Origin: Candidatus Latescibacterota bacterium
GTDB lineage: Bacteria > Latescibacterota > UBA2968 > GCA-2709665
Direction: 5' to 3'
Length of the DNA stretch: 64,000 nt
Assembly (NCBI GenBank): GCA_965116875.1
Contig: OZ220733.1
Coordinates: forward strand, 960,001 to 1,024,000
Positions within the stretch are counted from its first letter, which is position 1. Every line of letters starts with the position of its first letter. The translations under genes and the position numbers were made by a program. Positions 39,742-49,567 of this stretch are shown here, one piece after another. The notes beneath the pieces were generated by a model. It saw only the letters and a list, made by a program, of their open reading frames with translations. It was not told the origin of the DNA and ran no database searches.

Positions 39742-39931
39742 CCGGGATTCGTCGTTTTTCGGGGAAGTTAATTCGGATATGTGTAAGTAGATAAAGGCGA
39801 TTAAACTACGGATACCCAGGATACACCAGGTCGCTGGACGTGAAAAAAATGACCTTCCTGACGACGATTTCGGCCCGTATCGGAAAGTTTCGTCGCGGTG
39901 CCGCGTTGCGGTTTTTGCGAATTTAGGCTAA
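39740..39931 (+). repeat. Dispersed ~195-bp non-coding element, copy 2
   Basis: Aligns with the reverse complement of 16306-16502. Confidence 0.9.
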
Positions 39932-40094
39932 CGCACACGATATAAATGCAGGTTTGACGCCCCGTTGGGGATGGACAACGGGCTCGTCTCACGTCTCTCT
40001 TTTTGCCGTTCACCCGTAACCGGAGCGCCTGATACACCGGTACCAAATCGGTTCCTGACCCGGAAATCAGTAAGTATACATATCTCTCCATTCC

Positions 40095-40125
40095 CGAAGA
40101 AGGGTCCGTTCAGGACCCTTCTTCG
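40095..40125. terminator. Strong hairpin in an intergenic region
   Basis: CGAAGAAGGGTCC-GTTCA-GGACCCTTCTTCG, a 13-bp perfect stem. Confidence 0.6.
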
Positions 40126-40353
40126 TCTTACTGTTGATATCCATCGGCTCTTCACTCTTTTGGGAGAGTACCTGATCGCAATCAAATAGGTTGAACCCGA
40201 ACCCTCCGGAATGTGTCTTACGATAGTGAACGGATGCATTACGGACATTGCGACCTGCAGCGCCGTCATGTTGTCGGTCAGCACTTGCGTCCTCTCGTTG
40301 TGAAAGACCACCAACCTGCAACTCCAGCCTGCGTGAAGCAGGGAGATCCTCGA

Positions 40354-42389
40354 ATGCTCCGACCGGCGATATCGATTTGCCTCCTGGTGTTGATCGCCCC
40401 CGCCGTCGATGCCGGACGGTCCGATCCTGCGAGAGTGGACTCGCTTCTGACCGCCGCGGCGGATACGCTGCTCGACCGCGACCGGCGAGAAGCCCTGATG
40501 AAGCGCGCGCTCAGGCACGACCGGTCCGGCAAGACGATGCACGCCCTGGCGCGGTTTTACATGGCGCGGGCACGCCGGTTTCCCGACAGACGGCCGGCCA
40601 CTGGCTGCTGCGCGCCGTGATGCGTGAGCGGGAAAACCCGGACTATCGGGCAACCCATGCCGAGCTGTTATGGCGGACGTTGAAACGTCCGGAATCATAC
40701 AGAAAAGCGCTCCAGGTTCTGGAACTGGATCCGGATCATGTCGAGGCGCTGTTCTGGGCGGGGCGATTCGCGGTCTGGGCATGGGAGATGACCTATTTCA
40801 CGGACAGACTCGATGACGACACAAAAGCGGCGATCGGGATGTATTCAATCAGAGGCGGAAAGACACTGACGTTCGTCGAATATCCGGATCTTGACATCGA
40901 GACCGGAATCGGTTACCTCACCCGCGCCATCGGCCTGGACCCCGTCCACTGGCCGTCGCATCAGGTTCTCGGGCTGGCCTATTACGCCGCCGAAATGCCC
41001 GGGCCGCTGATCGAGCTCTTCGAAGCCTATCGAATGCGGCGGCCGGAAAACTGGAACGCACACTTTTTCGCCGGCCTGGGCTATCAGATGAAAGGGGACC
41101 TGGAAAGCGCATATCGCGCCTACCTGGACGGCCTGAACCGGATGACCGAATCGGCGCGGAGGTTCATGCAGTCGATTTTCCTGATCCGGAACCCTGCCGA
41201 AACACAAGGTGAACCGCCCCCGAGCGACGAGGAAATCCGCAAGTTCTGGCTGGGAAAGGACCCGATCTACCTCACATCGGTCAACGAACGCCTGCTGGAA
41301 CAGTGCCGGCGCGTGGCCTACGCGAACCTGCGCTTCTCCGATCCCACGCTCGGGCGGCAGGGATGGCAGACTGACATGGGACAGACCTATATCCGGTACG
41401 GAGACCCGCGCGTCCGGTACATGGACGGACCCGGGAGGGGTCGGAAGGACGTCTGGGATTACGGCCCGTTTACAGTGATATTCGCCCCCACGGTTACCTG
41501 GGACTCCTGGCGGTTCGCAAGGGCCAGGCTGGGCAATAAACGCGTGAAACTCGAACAACTGGTAGAGCAGGTACCCGACTTCTATCAGCATCCGCTGCAG
41601 TATGACGCCCCATACCAGACTGCGCAGTTCCGGCATGACGACGCCGATACGCGCATCGAGGTGTATTACGCGCTACCGGAGGAAAACGTGCGGCATACCG
41701 TTTCGGAGAACGATGGAAACGCTGGAGTGGACGCCAGGCAGGCGCTTTTTCTCTTCGACTCCAGTTGGGATACCGTCCGGCACAGCGTCGCAATGGTGGA
41801 GCGGATGCCGCGGGTCGTCTACGAATCCACGGAAGAGGCCTTCCTTCTGGCCGCGGAACGTATGAATATCGATCCGGGGACCTATTTCCTCGCCGCTGAA
41901 GTTGAAGACCGGGCGACCAGGCGGACAGGCACGTTCCGGGAACGGCTGAGGGTACGATCATTCGGCACGGACACGCTGGAGATCAGCGACCTGTTGATGG
42001 CGCGACGCATTCGGATGCTGGAGAACGCGCCCTACGGCCGTGAGCGGTTTGCGGTACTCCCGAATCCGCTGCAGATGTGCCGCACGGGAGGGCAGGCCTG
42101 GTTCTATTTCGAAATCTACAATCTTTCGCGTGACGAATACGGCGCCACGCACTACCGCATCAGCTATCAGATGCAGTCGCTGCCGGAGGGAAAGGGCGAC
42201 GGCTCCCCTGCCGACTGGACGACGGCCGTTTCATACACGTACCGGGGCGCCCGGGATTGGGAACCGCGCGACCTGCGCGTGGACATGGACGGCGCTTCGC
42301 CGGGTCCCAGGGCATTTCGAGTCGTGGCGGAGGACCTGCACACCGGTCGCAGGGCGTTGGCGGAAACACGTTTCAGGGTGAGGTGGTAA
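40354..42389 (+). pseudogene. GWxTD-domain/TPR exported protein with a 1-bp frameshift near 40570
   Basis: Signal peptide MLRPAISICLLV... in one frame; TPRs and RVAYANLRF...GWQTDMGQTYIRYGDP in another. Adding one G at CGCGGGC joins them. Confidence 0.8.
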
Positions 42390-42510
42390 CGGAATCTGCG
42401 CATTGACTCCGCCCGGGGACGTGGACCACGCAAGAGAAAGAGGGCCTGAGCATCAGCCTCGGCCCTCTTCTTTCTGTTGTGGCGTTATCTGGAACTTTCG
42501 CCCTGCCGGT

Positions 42511-44913
42511 CTATACCAGGACGGCGATTTCCCCCGGCCGGATGCGCGTTTCCGTACCTTCGTGTGTGACCCGTCCCGCAGCGGCGCCCGTATTCCTCGC
42601 CCACACTGCCCCGGACTCCGCGGCGTTGATCTCCAGCGCACCGTCCGTCTCGACGTTCAGGATCGGCTCCTGCAGCCGGGCTTCGCCCGACCCGAGGTTT
42701 CGCTCGAAGGTGACGCTGTCTTCGTCAAGTCGCGTAACGCCCCCGAAGATCGGGATCCCGTTGAGTCTCGATCGTTGTGCCCTGAAAGCATACCCGCCGG
42801 CTTTTTCGCCGAAGTTCGCCACAGCCAGGTGATTGTCCGCGAGGAGGCCGACGGCGGACCGTCCCGATTCCATGACGACAAACTCAATACCGGACGTTTT
42901 TCGATGGCTGTAATCCGGGGCGATGAGCGCCGTGAGTGTGGAAATGGACTTGCCGGCGGTTACCTGGAACGGCTCGTCCATCCGGCTGAGGGTGAGGTCG
43001 TCCGCCACGGCGCGCCAGACATCGTAATGGTGCCGGTTGTGATAGACGGTTTTTCCTGTGCCCTTGTAGACGAATCCCAGGCGGCTGTCGACGTTGAGCC
43101 ATGCCGGATGATCGTAGGTCCTGACGACGTCGCTGTCCGGGTCCCTGGTGACGTAGCTCCTGAAGCGATCGGAACCGTCCGGCGTGTGAACGGTACGGTA
43201 CCCGTTGCAATTCCCTTTCAAGGCTTTGAAGTCTTCATTGACGATGCGGAGGAAACCCTGATCGACACGTGCAACGGTAATCGTCTCTCTGGCCGTGAGT
43301 CGTTCGCAGGAGAGGGAGATTCCGGACGGCAGGCCGGCGAAGAGCACTTCCTGTCGAACCGAACGCTGTGCGCGGTCCAGGATCATCGCGGCGGCAAAGC
43401 CCTCCTGGCGTTCGTCCACGCGAACCGAGACCAGGTCGTGGCTGTCGGGCCGGTCCTGAACATCGATGCCGGCCAGAAACGAACCGGACGCCGGCGCGAC
43501 CGTATAGAGGCCGTCCCTGTTCAGCGGCAGCGCCATGATGTCGTTGCGCCACGAGAGCGCGGTCTGGCCCGTGCGATGCCTCTGGAAGACGAAACCGGAA
43601 TGGGGATAGACTTTGACGCCCCTGAGGTTGCGTTCGACGCGAGTCGAGGGAGCGGGATCCGGCCCGTCGCCGAAGATCCTGTGGAATAAGTAGGTGTGGG
43701 CGGGATTGTCGATGTTGTGTTCACGAATGATCAGCGGGTCCTGGGGTCCGTGGACGATCTCGGCGATCTGCCGATCATGCATTCGCCCTCCGGCGCTTTC
43801 CGCGCGTTGTTCGAGGGTCTCAAGCCCCTGGAGCTCGAAGTACGCCGCCTCCGGGTCGTTCAGGAACACGGCGCCTGTTGCGTGGGTAAGCGTACCGGGA
43901 TCGGGCGGAAGATACGGCCAGTCCATGCCCTGCACGGGATGCATCGAACCCGTCCGGTCCGTCGTTCGTTTGAGCTCGTCGTAAATCTCCCTCCGGTTGA
44001 ACAGGGCATGGTCCGGTATCTCCGCGCCGAACGTCCCGTAGATGATGCCCAGCCGACCGGTGAATATAACGGAACTTCCGGTGTAGCTGGGATGCACCAT
44101 ACCGTGGTTCTCGGCCATATAGTCCGGAAGCGCGGTGAACGTCTGGCCGGTGAGTTCCCGAACGGTCCGACCGTCCGAAAACGGCGCGAGGTTTTTCGTA
44201 TCCTGCTGGGTTGTGGCCGTGGAGAACATCCAGCGACGGGCCGTCTCGGCCCAGGACTTCGCGTTCGGTGAATTGCTCAGGAAACACTCCACCGACGCCA
44301 GACCGCACGACGTCCAGCCGTTTTCTTCCATCTGCGTGTTGGTGTAGACCCCGCTTTTCGGCGCCATGTCCCCGAACCGCTCGGCATAGTCCTCGTGCAT
44401 GCGGGCGATCATGGTCCAGGTCTCGTCGTCCACCATATCCCCCAGCAGGAAGGCGGTCAGGCCAACGTCGGACAGATTCGTCCCGCACTGGCTCTCGGGG
44501 AAGAATCCCCTGCCGCGCTCCCCCCATTTGGTGCCCCAGGTCCTGGGGTTGCCGAGGCTCTTTTCGGGGCGGATGCAATCGGCGGGACCCGTGTCGTGGG
44601 TGTAGCAGAGGTAGCGGATCCCCTTCAGCGCGATTTCACGAAGCTCCTCCCTGGAGCATCCGGTCCGCTTCGCATCGTATTCAGGGGAATTGGCGAGCAC
44701 GGCAAAAACAAACGCCGGACCGGCCGTGTCGCTCCCGTACCAGTGCGCACCGCCGAAAAAATGCCCGCAGTTCGGCCGCCCGGGCCACTCTTCGAAATAA
44801 CTGAGGCCAATCGGCACCCAGTTTTCCAGAATGCGCTTGTAACGCCGGCTCAACGGGGTTTCCCTGGCCGGCACGGAAGTCCGGCGACGGTTCGTCAGAA
44901 TTTCGGGGCGCAT
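42511..44913 (-). CDS. Large hypothetical protein, possibly polysaccharide-lyase-like
   Basis: 800-aa ORF with RBS AAGGAG; NTQMEENGW and ENHGMVHPSY motifs; helical N-half and beta-rich C-half. Confidence 0.65.
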   Translation of the reverse strand: MRPEILTNRRRTSVPARETPLSRRYKRILENWVPIGLSYFEEWPGRPNCGHFFGGAHWYGSDTAGPAFVFAVLANSPEYDAKRTGCSREELREIALKGIRYLCYTHDTGPADCIRPEKSLGNPRTWGTKWGERGRGFFPESQCGTNLSDVGLTAFLLGDMVDDETWTMIARMHEDYAERFGDMAPKSGVYTNTQMEENGWTSCGLASVECFLSNSPNAKSWAETARRWMFSTATTQQDTKNLAPFSDGRTVRELTGQTFTALPDYMAENHGMVHPSYTGSSVIFTGRLGIIYGTFGAEIPDHALFNRREIYDELKRTTDRTGSMHPVQGMDWPYLPPDPGTLTHATGAVFLNDPEAAYFELQGLETLEQRAESAGGRMHDRQIAEIVHGPQDPLIIREHNIDNPAHTYLFHRIFGDGPDPAPSTRVERNLRGVKVYPHSGFVFQRHRTGQTALSWRNDIMALPLNRDGLYTVAPASGSFLAGIDVQDRPDSHDLVSVRVDERQEGFAAAMILDRAQRSVRQEVLFAGLPSGISLSCERLTARETITVARVDQGFLRIVNEDFKALKGNCNGYRTVHTPDGSDRFRSYVTRDPDSDVVRTYDHPAWLNVDSRLGFVYKGTGKTVYHNRHHYDVWRAVADDLTLSRMDEPFQVTAGKSISTLTALIAPDYSHRKTSGIEFVVMESGRSAVGLLADNHLAVANFGEKAGGYAFRAQRSRLNGIPIFGGVTRLDEDSVTFERNLGSGEARLQEPILNVETDGALEINAAESGAVWARNTGAAAGRVTHEGTETRIRPGEIAVLV

Positions 44914-44995
44914 TGATGGCTCCTTTATGATGTAGACGCACTATGGCGTGATTTTCAGCGACGGGTTGCCTTACTTCGAGATCCGGACGAGTCGA

Positions 44996-45622
44996 TTACG
45001 TCAACGTGACGTTGGGATCGTCCTCATACGCCGAATCGATCTGGACCAGGCGCTCCAGGATCAGACAGAACAATTCGAAGAGATCCTTCAATGCCTCGTT
45101 CTCTTTGATGACGCCGGCGCATTCAAAATGCAACTCATCGACACCGTCGGGAAAGTCAGTCCCGAACATGCCTTCGTCGTCTTTGATCCGGAGATGTACC
45201 TTCGGCTGTTTCTCGATCAACTCCCGTATCCTGTCATCGGCAAGCAGCAGCCTGATCTTATCCGGACTGTTGCCTTTGATCAGGAACCGATCGTCGAAAA
45301 CCTGATCCCCGACTACGATGTCCTGCATACCGAGCAACTTGCCGATTGAACTGAAGAACCCCTCATTCGAAATATCGAAATAGAGGCCATCCTTGTTGAC
45401 AAACGGCGCCCGCATCCGGGTATACTGCATTGTCATCATCGTGGCGCCCGTATAGGTTGTCTCCGTACGGGTATCGAGGACGATCTGCCACTCACCGTGG
45501 TTGTATGTAACGGCATTCTCTTCCCAGAAGCCCCCGTCGACAAATTCACCCGCCAGGTCTGACGCAATCTGCCTCCAGATTTCGTCCTTTGACGGTCCGA
45601 ATATGGATCTGCGGATACTCAT
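44996..45622 (-). CDS. DUF3137-like hypothetical protein
   Basis: FGPSKDEIWRQ, YTRMRAPFVNKDG, GMQDIVVGD..FDDRFLIKGN. Confidence 0.65.
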   Translation of the reverse strand: MSIRRSIFGPSKDEIWRQIASDLAGEFVDGGFWEENAVTYNHGEWQIVLDTRTETTYTGATMMTMQYTRMRAPFVNKDGLYFDISNEGFFSSIGKLLGMQDIVVGDQVFDDRFLIKGNSPDKIRLLLADDRIRELIEKQPKVHLRIKDDEGMFGTDFPDGVDELHFECAGVIKENEALKDLFELFCLILERLVQIDSAYEDDPNVTLT

Positions 45623-45667
45623 TTTTTCTCCGGATTGCAGGATTTCCAATGCGTCGAACCGGACCGC

Positions 45668-46414
45668 CTACAACGGCTCCACCGCGAAGAGCCGGTTCTG
45701 TGACGGGAGACTGACGATTTTCGAGTAGTGGTGTACTTTCAGGTCGGAATTTGCGGGATCGACGGTTGTGGGCGCTTCGATCACAAAGTCGGCAAAGTGA
45801 GGGGTATTGAAGGCCACGAAGGCGAGGGACAGGCAGTCGACGAGCCGTTCCGGCCGTTTTGAAAGATCGGGAAAGGCGACCGGACCGGTGTCGACCTGGT
45901 AGCGGTCGTCCTCGCGGCGGGTGTTCATGGTCTTCACCGGGCATTCGATGATGGCGCTGAGTCCGGAATTGGCGTTTCGGATTTCGGTCTGCGAGACCAG
46001 CGGCGCAAAGCGGTAGGTTGCCTCGCGGACAGACGCGTTCGACGGCAATTCACGGACGCTCGCTCCCTCAGCGAGGTGGAGTTCGTACCCGCCGAACATC
46101 TCTACATACGTCCGCGTTTCCCGGTAACGGTCGCTCAGACAAACCGGACGCCGGAAGATGAGACCGTACTTCGCACTGAAAATCGGCAGGAAATCGTAGT
46201 TGTCCTGCTTGAACAGGTCCTTCCGGTGAAAGGTATTCTCGCTCTTGCAGGAAGCGGTCTGATAGAACTCCTCGCAGGTCCCCGCCCTTTCGTCCACGAC
46301 GCGGGTACGCGACTCGATCCAGAAGCGCACCTCATTGGCAGAACCCTTCCCGATGAGGAATGAGCGGCCGTAGTCCACCGGGGTCATTTCGATTCCAATT
46401 GCCCTGGTTCCCAT
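45668..46414 (-). CDS. Conserved hypothetical protein
   Basis: Clean ORF with RBS GGAG; NEVRFWIESRT, ASCKSENTF, ECPVKTMN, QVDTGP. Confidence 0.65.
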   Translation of the reverse strand: MGTRAIGIEMTPVDYGRSFLIGKGSANEVRFWIESRTRVVDERAGTCEEFYQTASCKSENTFHRKDLFKQDNYDFLPIFSAKYGLIFRRPVCLSDRYRETRTYVEMFGGYELHLAEGASVRELPSNASVREATYRFAPLVSQTEIRNANSGLSAIIECPVKTMNTRREDDRYQVDTGPVAFPDLSKRPERLVDCLSLAFVAFNTPHFADFVIEAPTTVDPANSDLKVHHYSKIVSLPSQNRLFAVEPL

Positions 46415-46484
46415 GCGATCGCTCCGTTCCCGTGCGCCCGACAGACGCCCTGCGAGCAGGTATCAATACAGCATGAATTCGTTG

Positions 46485-47525
46485 TCAATCTTCGAGCGGC
46501 AGCCTGATTGCTTCACCCATGCGGGACGATCGGTACGCCGCCAGGGCGATCTCCACCGCCGCCCGGCCGTCTTCGCCGCTGACCGGAGACGGCGTGTCGT
46601 GAACGATGCAGTCGATAAAGTCCCTCACCTCGTCGGCAAACGCCTTCTGCCGCGGGTCCTCCACCTCCGCGTGGTCGTATACCGTCTCCCATTCCGACGA
46701 GCCATCGCGGACAACCCTGACTTTATTGTACGGGTCGACTTCCATCAGACCCCTGTCCCCGATGAGCTCCGCAGCGCAACTGAAACCCTTCCAGCCGGGT
46801 GGCGGGAGGGCCTCGGAGTAGACGAGGTGGGCGCTGCCGCCGTTCCGGAAGCCAATCATCACCATGTTGGACGTGACGTCGCCGGGCACCTCGGTGCGCA
46901 GCGAATAAGACCGGGCGAAGACATACTCCGCCTCGCTTTCGAACCACCAGCGCAGCCGGTCGATGTTGTGTACGCCCCACGCGATCAGGCCGCCCGGGCC
47001 GTAGAGATCCAGGTCCGTGAACCACGCCCGGCGGGGGTCGGGCCTGCGGTAGCCGGGTGTGGCCAGCGTATCCCTGCACATGAGCAGCCGCCCGATCGCG
47101 CCTTCTTCCAGAAGGCGCCTGGATATGGCGTCCCCCTCCCAGTACCGGTGGCTCTGCGCGACCATGAGTTTTCGGCCCGCCCGTTCCGCGGTGCGGATGA
47201 TGGCGTCACACTTTTCCAGCGTGATTTCCAGCGGTTTTTCCACGAGAACATGCTTGCCCGCTTCGAGAGCGGCAATGGCGTGTTCGGCGTGAAGGGCGTG
47301 GGGCGTCGTTACGACAACGGCGTGGATATCGTCCCTGGAAACGAGAGATTCCAGGCTTTCCTCATAGTCCAGGCCGTACTCGCCGGCCAGCCCGGGGCCA
47401 ACGTCGGGCAGATTGGCCGGGTCGTTCACGGCTACGGCTTCTCCCAGAGCCACGTCCTTGAGGGCATCGATATGCGTACGCCCCATTTTGCCGGCGCCGA
47501 CGATGCCAACCCGTACGCGTTCCAT
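46485..47525 (-). CDS. Gfo/Idh/MocA family oxidoreductase
   Basis: VGIVGAGKMG, TTPHALH, GKHVLVEKP. Confidence 0.93.
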   Translation of the reverse strand: MERVRVGIVGAGKMGRTHIDALKDVALGEAVAVNDPANLPDVGPGLAGEYGLDYEESLESLVSRDDIHAVVVTTPHALHAEHAIAALEAGKHVLVEKPLEITLEKCDAIIRTAERAGRKLMVAQSHRYWEGDAISRRLLEEGAIGRLLMCRDTLATPGYRRPDPRRAWFTDLDLYGPGGLIAWGVHNIDRLRWWFESEAEYVFARSYSLRTEVPGDVTSNMVMIGFRNGGSAHLVYSEALPPPGWKGFSCAAELIGDRGLMEVDPYNKVRVVRDGSSEWETVYDHAEVEDPRQKAFADEVRDFIDCIVHDTPSPVSGEDGRAAVEIALAAYRSSRMGEAIRLPLED

Positions 47526-47572
47526 GGTACCCTCTCAAGTGTCATGTCATGCGGTTGAGTGGACAGCGCTCA

Positions 47573-48469
47573 TCACATCAGGCGTTTGCGCTTGGCCAGG
47601 TAGTTGAAAAGCACGGTATCGAACGGCCTCTCCGTATCCAGCAGGACGTAGTCGATGAGACTTTCACGACATTCGCGGCTGAATCGGCCGGTGAGGGCCT
47701 GCATATGGTCACTGTAATCGGATGCGACATGCCAGGGTTCGGTGGTGACGGCGGCGCCGGTCTCGAGGTCCACGAATCGGGTTTCGCGACCGAATTCGAG
47801 GTCTCGCTCCCTCGGGTCAAGGATGTGGAAGACGATGACTTCGTGCTTGCGGTGGCGGAAGTGTTTCAGTCCGGAAATCAGAGAACGGGGATCGTCCATC
47901 AGATCGGACAGAACCACGATGAGGCCGCGGCGCACGATGCGCTCGGCAAGGCTGTGAAACGTCGCCGCCAGATTGGTGTCTTCTCCCTCCGGGCTGGTAT
48001 TCCGCAGCGTTTCGAGAAGGGCGTGAAGATGGGTCCCCGCGGACCTCGGCGGCAGGTAGGATTGGATGCCCCGGTCGAAGGATACCAGGCCGACGGCGTC
48101 GCGCTGGCGCAACATGAGGTACGAAAGAGCCGCAGCGGTATAGGAAGCGTACTGGAACTTGGTGACGGAATTCGAGCCATAGGCCATCGACGCGCTGGCG
48201 TCCAGCAGGATATATGCTTTGAGGTTCGTTTCTTCTTCGTATTGCTTTACGTAGAGCCTGTCGGTCTTGCCGTAGACCTTCCAGTCGACGTTGCGCGGCG
48301 GATCGCCCGGTATGTACTGGCGATATTCGGAGAATTCAACGGAGAATCCGTGGTACGGACTCTGGTGCAGGCCCGTAATGAAACCCTCCACCACAAGCCG
48401 GGCGACCAGGTCGAGGCCGGACAGACGAGCGACAACTTCGGGCTGGAGATAGGTGCGGAAGTCTGGCAT
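47573..48469 (-). CDS. DUF58 domain protein
   Basis: GLHQSPYHGFSVEFSEYRQYIPGD, DWKVYGKTDRLYVKQYEEETN, LLDASASM. Confidence 0.95.
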   Translation of the reverse strand: MPDFRTYLQPEVVARLSGLDLVARLVVEGFITGLHQSPYHGFSVEFSEYRQYIPGDPPRNVDWKVYGKTDRLYVKQYEEETNLKAYILLDASASMAYGSNSVTKFQYASYTAAALSYLMLRQRDAVGLVSFDRGIQSYLPPRSAGTHLHALLETLRNTSPEGEDTNLAATFHSLAERIVRRGLIVVLSDLMDDPRSLISGLKHFRHRKHEVIVFHILDPRERDLEFGRETRFVDLETGAAVTTEPWHVASDYSDHMQALTGRFSRECRESLIDYVLLDTERPFDTVLFNYLAKRKRLM

Positions 48470-48489
48470 GGGCGCTGGGAATTGGGAGA

Positions 48490-49485
48490 TCAGGCCGTGT
48501 CTTCCAGAAGGCGTTGCACGAGTTCGAGCGGCGTGACCCCTTCCGCCTCGGCGTTGAAACTGGTGACGATGCGATGGCGAAGCACGGGAACGCCGACAAA
48601 CTTGACGTCGTCAACCGCGGCGGCGTACCGCCCCTCGAGGATGGCGCGCGCCTTGGCGCCCATAACGAGGAATTGAGAGGCGCGGGGACCCGCGCCCCAG
48701 TTGACCATGCGGGACACGAAATCCGGCGCGCCATCGACTCCGGGCCGGGTCCTGCGGGCGAGGCCGACCGCATAGTCGATCACATAGTCGGCCACCGGGA
48801 CCTTTCGGATGAGCTGCTGCAACTCCACAATTTCACGTGCGTCGAATACCGGTTCGACTTCCGCCGAGTAGGCGCTGGTTGTGGTGCGAACGATCTGTTT
48901 CTCCTCTTCTTCCGTGGGATAATCGATCCACAGGTTGAAAATGAACCGGTCCAGTTGAGCTTCCGGCAGCGGATACGTGCCTTCCTGCTCGATCGGGTTC
49001 TGCGTTGCAAGCACGAAAAAGGGTTCCTCGAGGCGAAACGTGTCGCCTCCCGCGGTCACTTCGTGTTCCTGCATGGCCTGCAACAGGGCGGCCTGGGTCT
49101 TTGGCGGGGTACGGTTGACCTCGTCCGCCAGAATGATGTTCGCAAAGAGCGGACCCTTTACAAAACGGAAGGTCTTGTGGCCCGTGCGCTGGTCCTCTTC
49201 GAGGACTTCAGTACCTGTAATATCCGACGGCATCAGGTCCGGCGTGAATTGAATACGGCTGAAGCTGAGGTTGAGCGCCCTGGCAAGCGTGCTGATGAGA
49301 AGCGTTTTCGCAAGCCCGGGAACCCCGACGAGAAGGCAGTGTCCGCCGCACAGGAGTGCGATGAGCAGCTGGTCCACGATCTCGTTCTGACCCACGATAA
49401 TCTTGCCGATTTCGTCCCGGATACGCGCGTGGGCGGTTTTCAGTCTTTCGACGGCTTCGAGGTCGTCTGGGGGTTGTTCGGCCAT
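48490..49485 (-). CDS. moxR: MoxR family AAA+ ATPase
   Basis: GVPGLAKT, RIQFTPDLMPSD, ADEVNRTPPKTQAALL, ATQNPIEQEGTYPLPEAQLDRF. Confidence 0.96.
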   Translation of the reverse strand: MAEQPPDDLEAVERLKTAHARIRDEIGKIIVGQNEIVDQLLIALLCGGHCLLVGVPGLAKTLLISTLARALNLSFSRIQFTPDLMPSDITGTEVLEEDQRTGHKTFRFVKGPLFANIILADEVNRTPPKTQAALLQAMQEHEVTAGGDTFRLEEPFFVLATQNPIEQEGTYPLPEAQLDRFIFNLWIDYPTEEEEKQIVRTTTSAYSAEVEPVFDAREIVELQQLIRKVPVADYVIDYAVGLARRTRPGVDGAPDFVSRMVNWGAGPRASQFLVMGAKARAILEGRYAAAVDDVKFVGVPVLRHRIVTSFNAEAEGVTPLELVQRLLEDTA

Positions 49486-49567
49486 GGTCGGGCGATCCTT
49501 CGTGGGGTGGACGTACCGGTTTCCGTCAACGATACCGGAGGCCGTGTGCCGGCCGCCGGTGTCGCGT

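Noticed and set aside
39932-40130. 6S RNA
   Set aside because: No long end-to-end paired rod with a central bubble could be identified.
42403-43689. 428-aa plus-strand ORF
   Set aside because: Antisense to the 800-aa gene, which has a good RBS and protein-like composition.
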